Positions 54,406-62,467 of a stretch of DNA of 64,000 bases are shown here, piece by piece (position 1 is the stretch's first letter; each line of letters starts with the position of its first letter). The DNA lies in NCBI RefSeq assembly GCF_056746865.1, contig NZ_CM163382.1. One strand, 5' to 3'. The notes beneath the pieces were generated by a model that saw only the letters and a program-made list of their open reading frames with translations, made no database searches and was not told the DNA's origin. The position numbers and the translations under genes are program-made.

Positions 54406-54420
54406 TTTACCTGTTGGGTA
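54406..54420. promoter_or_regulatory. operator-like inverted repeat TTACC-TGTTG-GGTAA in the cI/cro intergenic region
   Basis: Perfect half-sites. Confidence 0.5.
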
Positions 54421-54476
54421 ATATTGCTTTAAATTGAATCATCTACTGATTCATATATGAGGCGATTTTCCAGAAA

Positions 54477-55061
54477 ATGAAAAGTATCCAGGACGTCCGC
54501 AGGCAAAATCTCAACGACTTGATCGACCGTGAATTCAATGGTGTTCAGACGCGGATGGCAGAAAAACTTGGAACTCAGGCAAATCTGGTAAACCGCTGGG
54601 CTCTTGGCAAGAAGGTTATCGGCGACCAGGTTGCGCGAAAAATTGAAGCTGCCGCCAATAAACCCCGTAACTGGCTTGATATCGATCGCTCGCTTTCTCA
54701 GGAAGGTTTTCAGCCTGTCGGCCCAAGCGACATTGGTCAGCTGGCGGCTCACAACCTGGAACGCTGGATGAGCGAAAGCCGCGACCTTTCAACACAGGGA
54801 AAACTTCACCGCGCATCCGGCGTCGCCCAGGTGACAATCAGCCGCCTGTTAAACAATGAGGTCAGCGTTTCCATTTCCACCCTGGAGAATGTTGCATCCG
54901 CATTCGGGCGTCACGGATATGAACTACTGATTCACCCGCACGACCCTGCGACTATCAACTATGACCGCTCACGCTACGCATTGTTACCCGAAACCGAGAA
55001 AGCAAAGATCGAAAGTTACATTGAATTTGTCATCAACCAGAACGAAAAAAGCAAACAATAA
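54477..55061 (+). CDS. CI-like repressor with two XRE-type HTH domains
   Basis: 194 aa; two HTH-like segments (QTRMAEKLGTQANLVNRWALGKK and RASGVAQVTISRLLNNE); divergent from the cro-like gene. Confidence 0.6.
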   Translation: MKSIQDVRRQNLNDLIDREFNGVQTRMAEKLGTQANLVNRWALGKKVIGDQVARKIEAAANKPRNWLDIDRSLSQEGFQPVGPSDIGQLAAHNLERWMSESRDLSTQGKLHRASGVAQVTISRLLNNEVSVSISTLENVASAFGRHGYELLIHPHDPATINYDRSRYALLPETEKAKIESYIEFVINQNEKSKQ

Positions 55062-55108
55062 AACTATATTTTTCAGTAAGTAAGCCGCCTCATGGCGGCT
55101 TTTTTATT

Positions 55109-55123
55109 GCCTATACTATTACC
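55109..55123. promoter_or_regulatory. operator-like inverted repeat TTACC-TAATG-GGTAA
   Basis: Between the cI-like gene and the recombination operon. Confidence 0.45.
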
Positions 55124-55180
55124 TAATGGGTAATTTTTTTAACTCATATCTATTGACATCAAACCAAATACGCATAATTA

Positions 55181-55195
55181 TTACCTAAACGGTAA
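55181..55195. promoter_or_regulatory. operator-like inverted repeat TTACC-TAAAC-GGTAA overlapping a promoter-like region
   Basis: TTGACA at 55153-55158 lies 22 bp upstream; the site precedes the 55373 operon. Confidence 0.45.
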
Positions 55196-55372
55196 CAGAC
55201 CGAGGTAACAAGTTATGCAGTGGAAAATCATCAACGGTTGGTACTGCGTTACTGCATGCGGATTCATGAGCTGGAAGTTCCGCACCTTACAGGAAGGCAT
55301 TAAGTGGGCTTTCGTCAGCAAAGAAGCTCGCGATGTGGCCAACGATAACGAGATATGGGAGTAGGTTAGCAA

Positions 55373-56407
55373 ATGAGTGAATTATCAATCATCGAAATCA
55401 CACCAGACATGGCACCAAGAATTTACGTTGAAAAAGGGCTGGAAAAGTTTCTCGAGCAGATCCGTGAAGGTGTTAATGAAGTGCCTGACATTAGCACAGA
55501 CAAAGGCAGAAAGCGCATTGCATCTCTGGCTGCGAAGGTTTCAAGAAGTAAAACAGCGGTAGAAAAACCAGGACGTGATTATCTGAAACGCCTGAAAGAA
55601 CAGCCGAAAGTAGTTGAAGCAGAGTTACGACGCTTCGTAACCGAATGCGATCGGCTTCGTGATGAAGTACGCCGCCCACTCACCGAGTGGGAAAATGCTG
55701 AGAAATTACGCACTGAAGCACTGCAACAACGCCTGACAAATTTGCGAGCACTAGCTGACGTGATCGATCTCTCCGGAAACTACTTGCCATCATCTGATAT
55801 TCAGGAACGAATTCAAGAGGCTAAATCAGTAGCACTTGATGAAAGTTGGCAGGAGTACGCAGCAGAAGCTGGAGTAGCCAAGGATTCAACCATCAAGAAA
55901 CTGGAAGAATCACTCGCAGTAGCTCAAAAACGCGAGCATGAAGCCGCTGAGCTGGAGCGACTTCGCAAAGAAGCGGAGGAAAAAGCGCGCATTGAGCGAG
56001 AAGAGAATATCCGACGGGAAGCTGCTGAACAGGCCAGGCTCGAAGCTGAACAAAAAGCGAAAGCTGAAATTGAGGCTGCGGCACGCCTGGCGGCGGAAGA
56101 AAAAGCACGTGCTGAAGTAGCAGAACGTCAGCGAATTGAAGCAGAGCAGCGTGCACGACGCGAAAAAGAAGAAGCCGTTGCCGAGGAACGCCGACGCCAA
56201 GAGGCGGCAGAAAAAGCCCGCCTTGACGAACAGAAGCGTATCGCCGACGAAGAAGCGCGCCGAGCTGCAGATAAAGAGCATCGCCGTACCGTTAACCGCA
56301 GAGTAATCGCAGATCTGATAGCCCAAGGCATTCACGAAGAATTCGCGCAGAAAGCAATGTTGGCTATCGCTGGCGGCAAAGTGCAGGACGCGTATATCAA
56401 ATATTGA
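55373..56407 (+). CDS. coiled-coil protein with TolA-like Glu/Ala/Lys/Arg-rich repeats
   Basis: 344 aa; long low-complexity helical region (EAEQKAKAEIEAAARLAAEEKARAE...); first gene of the recombination operon. Confidence 0.5.
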   Translation: MSELSIIEITPDMAPRIYVEKGLEKFLEQIREGVNEVPDISTDKGRKRIASLAAKVSRSKTAVEKPGRDYLKRLKEQPKVVEAELRRFVTECDRLRDEVRRPLTEWENAEKLRTEALQQRLTNLRALADVIDLSGNYLPSSDIQERIQEAKSVALDESWQEYAAEAGVAKDSTIKKLEESLAVAQKREHEAAELERLRKEAEEKARIEREENIRREAAEQARLEAEQKAKAEIEAAARLAAEEKARAEVAERQRIEAEQRARREKEEAVAEERRRQEAAEKARLDEQKRIADEEARRAADKEHRRTVNRRVIADLIAQGIHEEFAQKAMLAIAGGKVQDAYIKY

Positions 56408-56408
56408 G

Positions 56409-56714
56409 GTGGGTATGAACGTTAATCAGCAGAAAAATCTTCAAAAAATCATGCTGGCATTCGACAAGGACTACCGCCTGTCAGAACAGCTATATGACCG
56501 ACAAGTTGAACTGATCGATAGCATCCGGCTTCATCAACTGGCCTCAACTTTTGACGCTGTAACAGGCAAAGGAGTTCGCCAGGAAGTACTGGAGGCTGCT
56601 AAAGACAGCCCTGAGTTCGAAGAACTGATGGATGCCTACCGGCGAGAGGCAATGGCAATTATCGCCCGCTGGGATCTGGCGGATCGGATTGATGGGCAGA
56701 GGGAAGCGGCATGA
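56409..56714 (+). CDS. hypothetical protein
   Basis: 101 aa, between the coiled-coil gene and the exonuclease gene. Confidence 0.45.
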   Translation: MGMNVNQQKNLQKIMLAFDKDYRLSEQLYDRQVELIDSIRLHQLASTFDAVTGKGVRQEVLEAAKDSPEFEELMDAYRREAMAIIARWDLADRIDGQREAA

Positions 56715-57532
56715 AACCGGGAATTTATTTCGACATCAGCAATGAGGACTACCACGCCGGTGACGGCGTGAGTAAGTCGCAACTGGACATGGTTGCCAAG
56801 AATCCGGCGCTTCTTAAATGGGTTCAGGCAGCACCAGAAGACGAAGAGAAAAAGTCTGCACTGGATATGGGAACCGCATTGCACTGCCTGCTTCTGGAGC
56901 CTGGAGAGTTCGACAAACGCTTCATTGTTTCACCGAAATTCGATCGTCGGACGAAACAAGGTAAAGCTGACGAAGAAGCATTTCTTCGTGATGTAGCGGA
57001 TATGGGGATTACGGTACTTGATGCCGAGCAGTGGCGGAAACTGGAGCTGATGCGTGATAGCGCAATGGCTCACCCGGCGGCACGCTGGATGCTGGAAGCA
57101 CCTGGTTACTGCGAAGCATCAATGTACTGGAATGATGAAGAGACTGGTGAGTTGTGCCGCATTCGTCCAGACAAATGGCTGAACGAGCACAACGTGATCG
57201 TCGACGTGAAAAAGGTTGCAGATATGGACCGTTTTGCACGCCACATCGAGGAATTCCGCTACCACGTGCAGGACGCAATGTACCGCGAAGGCGCAATGAG
57301 GGTTACTGGTCAGCCGCATGGTTTTTTCTTTCTTGCCGTGAGCGAAAGCATTGATTGTGGTCGGTATCCGGTACGCGTGTTCGAGCTGGATGCGCCGGAT
57401 GTCGATGCCGGGCACGCTCTGTTCCGCCGGGATCTGAATACCTATCACGAATGCCGCATCAACGATGAGTGGGGCGGAGTGGAAATTATTAAACGCCCTG
57501 ACTGGGCACGTAAACAGGATATGTACGTATGA
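56711..57532 (+). CDS. RecE-like exodeoxyribonuclease VIII (PD-(D/E)xK exonuclease)
   Basis: 273 aa; N-terminus MKPGIYFDISNEDYHAGDGVSKSQL and an internal D...E.K motif (VIVDVKKV); upstream of RecT. Confidence 0.65.
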   Translation: MKPGIYFDISNEDYHAGDGVSKSQLDMVAKNPALLKWVQAAPEDEEKKSALDMGTALHCLLLEPGEFDKRFIVSPKFDRRTKQGKADEEAFLRDVADMGITVLDAEQWRKLELMRDSAMAHPAARWMLEAPGYCEASMYWNDEETGELCRIRPDKWLNEHNVIVDVKKVADMDRFARHIEEFRYHVQDAMYREGAMRVTGQPHGFFFLAVSESIDCGRYPVRVFELDAPDVDAGHALFRRDLNTYHECRINDEWGGVEIIKRPDWARKQDMYV

Positions 57533-58410
57533 GCAATGATATCGCAATCACATCACAACCAGGCGCAACTGTAGGTACTGCTGCGGCAATCTTCAGCCCG
57601 GAGGGCATGAATCAACTGGTGCGTTTCGCGGAGTTGATGTCACAAAGCAAAGCGACTGTACCGAAACATCTTGAAGGCAAACCTGCCGATTGTCTGGCGG
57701 TGACCATGCAGGCGGCACAGTGGGGAATGAACCCTTTCGCCGTGGCGCAGAAAACGCATGTGGTAAACGGAACGTTAGGCTACGAAGCACAGTTGGTAAA
57801 CGCGGTCGTATCCTCTTCCAGCCTGCTAGCGACACGCCTGAATTATCGCTGGAGCGGTGACTGGTCGAATGTTAACGGCAAAACAGATAAATCACCGAAT
57901 CTGACGGTAACTGTGTCAGCAGTTCTTAAAGGAGAAGCAGAACCCCGTGAGCTTACCATCAGTATGGCGCAAGCCGGAGTGCGTAACTCTCCATTGTGGG
58001 AACAGGATCCGCGCCAGCAGCTTGCCTATCTTTGCACGAAACGATGGGCTCGCCTGCACGCTCCTGATGTGCTTCTCGGTGTTTACACCCCTGACGAATT
58101 ACAGGAAACGGCACCGCGCGTTGAGCGAGACATTACTCCGCAAACGACTACTGCTGCGGGAATGAACAGTCTGATCAACGCTAAACCAGTGAAAAAGCAT
58201 GATGAGCAAACGCGTAAAGCGGATAGCCGTGATCCAGAAGAAATGCTGATGGCCTTTACCAGCGCAGCGATGAATTACAGCACTGTCTCCGAACTGGATA
58301 AGGCTTACAAATACATTGCACAAAAACTTTCAGATGATGACGAACTGCTGGCAAAAGCCACCGACGTTTACAGCGTTCGTCGGGAAGAATTAAACGAAAC
58401 ATCTATGTAA
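57529..58410 (+). CDS. RecT-family single-strand annealing recombinase
   Basis: 293 aa; paired with the upstream exonuclease. Confidence 0.65.
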   Translation: MSNDIAITSQPGATVGTAAAIFSPEGMNQLVRFAELMSQSKATVPKHLEGKPADCLAVTMQAAQWGMNPFAVAQKTHVVNGTLGYEAQLVNAVVSSSSLLATRLNYRWSGDWSNVNGKTDKSPNLTVTVSAVLKGEAEPRELTISMAQAGVRNSPLWEQDPRQQLAYLCTKRWARLHAPDVLLGVYTPDELQETAPRVERDITPQTTTAAGMNSLINAKPVKKHDEQTRKADSRDPEEMLMAFTSAAMNYSTVSELDKAYKYIAQKLSDDDELLAKATDVYSVRREELNETSM

Positions 58411-58459
58411 CCACCACCGCGGCGCCACACGCGCCGCACTGCAACCAAGAGAGGTATTT

Positions 58460-58708
58460 ATGAAAGGTGCATTAGGTAAGAAGGAACTCCTGGCGGTGGT
58501 GCCACTGTCATGGAGCACTATCGACCGTATGGAGCGCGCAGGGGAATTTCCTAAACGCTGGTATATCACTGACAAACGCTGCGCATGGAACCGTGACGAA
58601 GTTGAGCGTTGGCTTGATGAACGTCAGGCAGCAAGCCCGGCAGAGTTCCAGGGTAAAAAACCTCCTGTTCAGCAACGTGTATATCGTCCCGTGAGCAACG
58701 CTGCATGA
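58460..58708 (+). CDS. AlpA/Xis-like small DNA-binding protein (excisionase candidate)
   Basis: 82 aa; AlpA-like HTH region (LAVVPLSWSTIDRMERAGEFPKRWYI). Confidence 0.55.
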   Translation: MKGALGKKELLAVVPLSWSTIDRMERAGEFPKRWYITDKRCAWNRDEVERWLDERQAASPAEFQGKKPPVQQRVYRPVSNAA

Positions 58709-58817
58709 GTGCGCTGCTAAGGCACTGGATCAAATGGTCAGGATGGTACTTATTCCTGGCCTCTGTTTCAGCATGGCTTTATCTGCTGGCATTAATTTTC
58801 AGAGAGGGTTGGATTAA

Positions 58818-59117
58818 GTGAGAAAGTTAAGCCGACTTGAAAAATATCACATGAATAAGGTTTCAATGCGCAGTCCGTCAAAGATTGTCGCCGTTACTCC
58901 TGCGGCGATAGAGATCGAAAAACGCGCGATTGAAAGAGAGAAAAAAGGGCAGTTCCGCATTGCCGCTCACCTTTGGCTTCAGTGTATGGATGTTGCTTCT
59001 GGTGATGTTGAGCGTGCAAGGATCGCGGTTCGCAGGGACCAATGTATCACAAAAGGTAACGGCCTTCGCCGTGGAGACTATAGCGGTATAGGATGTTGCG
59101 GGGTGGTTTATGACTAA
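58818..59117 (+). CDS. hypothetical protein, translationally coupled to the methyltransferase
   Basis: 99 aa; its stop overlaps the methyltransferase start. Confidence 0.4.
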   Translation: MRKLSRLEKYHMNKVSMRSPSKIVAVTPAAIEIEKRAIEREKKGQFRIAAHLWLQCMDVASGDVERARIAVRRDQCITKGNGLRRGDYSGIGCCGVVYD

Positions 59118-59760
59118 GAAATACACACTAATCTATGCAGATCCACCCTGGGTATACCGGGACAAAGCCGCAGATGGTAATCGCGGTGCCGGTTTTAAAT
59201 ATCCGGTTATGAGTGTGATGGATATCTGCCGCCTTCCTGTGTGGGATTTGGCCGATGAAAACTGTCTGTTGGCCATGTGGTGGGTGCCAACACAACCACT
59301 CGAAGCACTAAAAGTTGTTGAAGCCTGGGGGTTCCGTCTGATGACCATGAAGGGCTTCACGTGGATAAAATGTGGTAGTCGACAACCAGATAAACTGGTT
59401 ATGGGTATGGGACACATGACTCGCGCCAATAGTGAAGATTGCCTGTTTGCAGTTAAGGGAAAACTACCTCCGCGCATTAATGCAGGGATCGTTCAGTCAT
59501 TTACCGCACCGCGGCTTGAGCATTCAAGAAAACCAGATGTCGTTCGTGAAAAACTTGTGCAATTGTTAGGCGATGTTTCTCGCATTGAACTGTTCGCCCG
59601 CCAGACGTCTCATGGCTTCGATGTTTGGGGTAATCAGTGCGAAGACCCGGCAGTGCAACTACACCCCGGATACGCGTTGGATATTGGCGGATTAACAAAT
59701 GCATTCAGCAATGCTCCGCTGTCACCAACAGACAACCAGGGACGGGAGCGTGCAGCATGA
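59110..59760 (+). CDS. MT-A70 family N6-adenine DNA methyltransferase (orphan)
   Basis: 216 aa; catalytic DPPW motif (LIYADPPWVY); no adjacent restriction endonuclease gene recognised. Confidence 0.75.
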   Translation: MTKKYTLIYADPPWVYRDKAADGNRGAGFKYPVMSVMDICRLPVWDLADENCLLAMWWVPTQPLEALKVVEAWGFRLMTMKGFTWIKCGSRQPDKLVMGMGHMTRANSEDCLFAVKGKLPPRINAGIVQSFTAPRLEHSRKPDVVREKLVQLLGDVSRIELFARQTSHGFDVWGNQCEDPAVQLHPGYALDIGGLTNAFSNAPLSPTDNQGRERAA

Positions 59761-60005
59761 AGCAGATTATGGTTGCACACAACGGCGTCAGGTTTGAAGT
59801 CGTCATGGTTTTGACTAAGTTCCACAATGATGAGGTATTGCACAGAAAAGAAACTGTAACTTACCGTTATAAACACCGCAGTTCAGCTGTTAGAAAATTA
59901 CGGAAGATTGCGGAAGAACTAAAAAATGATCCTCATCGTGTTATTGAGGTAAAAGGCAACCCATATAAAATCAAAACTTCAGTGGAGCTAAGACATATGC
60001 AATAA
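59757..60005 (+). CDS. hypothetical small protein
   Basis: 82 aa from the ATG at 59757, overlapping the methyltransferase stop (ATGA). Confidence 0.4.
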   Translation: MKQIMVAHNGVRFEVVMVLTKFHNDEVLHRKETVTYRYKHRSSAVRKLRKIAEELKNDPHRVIEVKGNPYKIKTSVELRHMQ

Positions 60006-60329
60006 AATCACGCCTGACGAATCGCGATTATCTCGCTATTGGTATTGCAGAGATTGCTGGACTCAATGGCGCATGATTTGACAATGCCGCCAGAGCTATC
60101 GCATACTGACCGCACTAGAAAACAAACAGCGGTCATCCGCACCCGATAGCTTTGCGGCTTTTTTATGCCTGCAATCTGGCATAGTCACATCCGTACAAAG
60201 GTCGGGTGGAGAGGCGTAATACAACACCCGAAAGGGGAATATGCCCGGAGCTACTGTTTGTGCTCTAGTTGACACCCGATCACCAGCTACTAACTGGTTT
60301 TCGTAACTAAAAACAAACAGGAGGTCATC

Positions 60330-60980
60330 ATGACCAGTCAACTCATCCCCGTATTCAACGGCACTATATCCAACGAAACCGCTCTTCTCGTTAATGCCCG
60401 TGATTTACACACTTTCCTCGATGTGGGTAAGCGATTTGCTTCGTGGATTGTCGAACGAATTGCTGAATATGGTTTCGTTGAAAATCAAGACTTTATGATT
60501 ATTTCCCAAGTTCGGGAAAAAATAGGCAGAGGCCGTCCTGCAAAAGACTACCACCTCACCCTCGATACAGCCAAAGAGCTGGCGATGGTCGAGCGTAATG
60601 AAAAAGGTCGTCAGGTACGACGCTACTTCATTGAATGCGAGAAACGTTTAAGACAACAAGAAACAAAAGTGGAGAAGGTCTTGTCAGGCTTCATGCCCGC
60701 CATTATGGAGGCGATCAAGCTGGAAGACAAAAAAGAATACAGTGCCCCACTGAAGCCCGGCTACCGCAGCCTGATTCACTCGCCGTCTGGTGTTCTCGGC
60801 CTGACGGAGCACTCACTGCTGATGAATCTGCTGAACCAGTTACAGGACGACGGGCACGACGTATCGGGCGCGGCGGCGGAGCTGACCACCATGTTCTGCT
60901 ACATCGTCGGTGTGAGCAAATGCCTGCGTGATATCCAGACTCACGCGGAGTACATCAACGACAAGGCAGGATTCTTCTGA
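60330..60980 (+). CDS. antirepressor-like protein (Ant/Bro-N-type N-terminal domain), function uncertain
   Basis: 216 aa; strong Shine-Dalgarno (AGGAGG) and TTGACA at 60259-60264; N-terminal region resembles phage antirepressor families. Confidence 0.4.
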   Translation: MTSQLIPVFNGTISNETALLVNARDLHTFLDVGKRFASWIVERIAEYGFVENQDFMIISQVREKIGRGRPAKDYHLTLDTAKELAMVERNEKGRQVRRYFIECEKRLRQQETKVEKVLSGFMPAIMEAIKLEDKKEYSAPLKPGYRSLIHSPSGVLGLTEHSLLMNLLNQLQDDGHDVSGAAAELTTMFCYIVGVSKCLRDIQTHAEYINDKAGFF

Positions 60981-61011
60981 CGGCGGCGGCACAGGGATGT
61001 GCCGGGCAAAA

Positions 61012-62262
61012 TTATTCCCCCGCCATCCACTTCTCAAACTTCGACGGGGAGAACGGAATCAGATCCGTATGCTCCCCGTTAATCCAGGAATCAATCATAT
61101 CGGACCACTGCTGCAACATGTAGGCGCGCTGTCTGGCGTATTCCGCTTTGTTATATACGGCGCGCACACCTTTCTGCTCATGTGCCAGAGCCTTTTCAAT
61201 CCAGTCTGAAGGATAACCAGCCTCATGCAACAACGTACTGGCTGTACGGCGCATATCGTGTACGGTGAAGTCCTGAATATGCTCACCATCTTCATTTATT
61301 ATTTTCACCGTTCTGTCGATCAGAGAGTTCAGCGCGGCATTAGATAATGGCTTCCGGAAGTTGTAACGACCAGGAACCAGATATTCACTTCCACCAGCGC
61401 ACATCTGCAACCCAACCAATATATCCTGAGCCTGTTTAGGCAGGTAAATAACGTGCGCCCGGCTTCCCTTCATGCGGTCTGAAGGAATTGTCCATGTCCA
61501 TTTTTTAAAATCTATTTCGTCCCACGTTGCATTAGTGAATTCGCCTTTACGAACCATAGTGATAAGCACCAGCTTTAAAGCCATTTTCATAGTGCCCATA
61601 GCACCAATGGCATCCAGCGTGCGGAAGAACAGGCCAATTTCTTCTGGTGTCAGTGTTCGCTCTCGTGGTTTAAATATGGCGATAGACGAAGGTTTAATGT
61701 CAGCCGCAGGATTAAACAAACCATGACCACGGTCATTGGCGTGACGGTATACGCTACTGATGATCTCCCTGGCCTGCACTGCTGTTGCCCGGCCACCGCG
61801 TTCGACAATCCGGTCACACAAATCACGAACCATCGATGTGGTAATTTCAGCCATCATTTTATTGCCAAGAACCGGAAGTATGTCACGGTCGATCACCGCC
61901 TGTTTCATTGCGCGGGTACTGTCAGCCAGGATGACGTGTTTCATATAACTGTCGGTATGTACCGCAAACGTCTCGGCACCACGAATCTTTTTGATACCGT
62001 CACGTTTAGCCGCAGCCGGTGACTGGCCTGCTTTAAGCAGCTTCTTTGCAGCAATCAGTTCTTCTCGCGCTTCTGCCAGGCTGATACCGTCACGCCCATA
62101 CTGCCCGATTACCAGTGTTTCGCGGCGACCGTTGATACGGTAGTCATAGCGAAACGAGACCGTGCCTGACGTAAGCACAGCTACATACAGCCCGTCACGA
62201 TCGGAGACCTTGTACAGTTTGTCCTGCGGCTTGAGGTTTTTTAATTTTGTATCGGTAAGCAC
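61012..62262 (-). CDS. int: tyrosine integrase (P4-like, with N-terminal arm-binding domain)
   Basis: 416 aa; N-terminus MLTDTKLKNLKPQDKLYKVSDRDGLYVAV typical of arm-type DNA-binding domains; C-terminal catalytic region (HDMRRT...AHEQKGVRAVY); adjacent to the att repeat. Confidence 0.85.
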   Translation of the reverse strand: MLTDTKLKNLKPQDKLYKVSDRDGLYVAVLTSGTVSFRYDYRINGRRETLVIGQYGRDGISLAEAREELIAAKKLLKAGQSPAAAKRDGIKKIRGAETFAVHTDSYMKHVILADSTRAMKQAVIDRDILPVLGNKMMAEITTSMVRDLCDRIVERGGRATAVQAREIISSVYRHANDRGHGLFNPAADIKPSSIAIFKPRERTLTPEEIGLFFRTLDAIGAMGTMKMALKLVLITMVRKGEFTNATWDEIDFKKWTWTIPSDRMKGSRAHVIYLPKQAQDILVGLQMCAGGSEYLVPGRYNFRKPLSNAALNSLIDRTVKIINEDGEHIQDFTVHDMRRTASTLLHEAGYPSDWIEKALAHEQKGVRAVYNKAEYARQRAYMLQQWSDMIDSWINGEHTDLIPFSPSKFEKWMAGE

Positions 62263-62303
62263 AATTCACCCGTATAGAAACCATTTTCATGACGGTATGA
62301 GAG

Positions 62304-62318
62304 TATACCTTTAAGGTA
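62304..62318. promoter_or_regulatory. operator-like repeat ATACC-TTTAA-GGTAA upstream of the integrase gene
   Basis: About 42 bp upstream of the int start, between int and guaA. Confidence 0.4.
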
Positions 62319-62387
62319 ATACCGTCACCTGTACCGACGAAAAATATGGTGTAGAGTGAATAGAAATGAATACATAAAAACAAAAAC

Positions 62388-62412
62388 CCTCTGTAAAAAC
62401 AGAGGGTTGAGT
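62388..62412 (-). terminator. hairpin AACCCTCTGT-N5-ACAGAGGGTT downstream of guaA, probably the guaA terminator supplied by the prophage arm
   Basis: Perfect 10-bp stem followed by a T-run on the guaA-coding strand; a near-identical hairpin lies at 23080-23108 at the other prophage end. Confidence 0.5.
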
Positions 62413-62450
62413 TAGTATCTGAATAGGAATGATTTGCTATGAGTTAGCTG

Positions 62451-62467
62451 TTAATCATTCCCACTCA
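62451..62467. repeat. attR candidate: 17-bp direct repeat AATCATTCCCACTCAAT overlapping the guaA stop codon
   Basis: Identical to 23131-23147; encodes the last guaA codons (..IEWE-stop) on the minus strand. Confidence 0.6.

Larger units (their letters stand above)
23131..62467. mobile_element. integrated prophage of about 39.3 kb, podovirus-like (epsilon15/phiV10-like) structural module with lambdoid early region
   Basis: Flanking 17-bp direct repeats, integrase at the right end beside guaA, and a contiguous lysis / tail fiber / virion / portal / terminase / replication / immunity / recombination gene set. Confidence 0.8.

Noticed and set aside
62388-62467. Alternative reading in which the right-hand hairpin and repeat are native host sequence and the prophage ends left of 62388
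   Set aside because: That leaves the left-hand 17-bp copy unexplained. Direct repeats at both ends with the integrase beside one of them is the more economical reading, though a prophage-free reference is needed to settle it.
23131-62467. Interpretation of the prophage as a lambda-like siphovirus
   Set aside because: No tape-measure, tail-tube or tail-assembly chaperone genes; instead it has T7/epsilon15-type portal, tubular-tail and large internal virion proteins. Only the early region is lambdoid.
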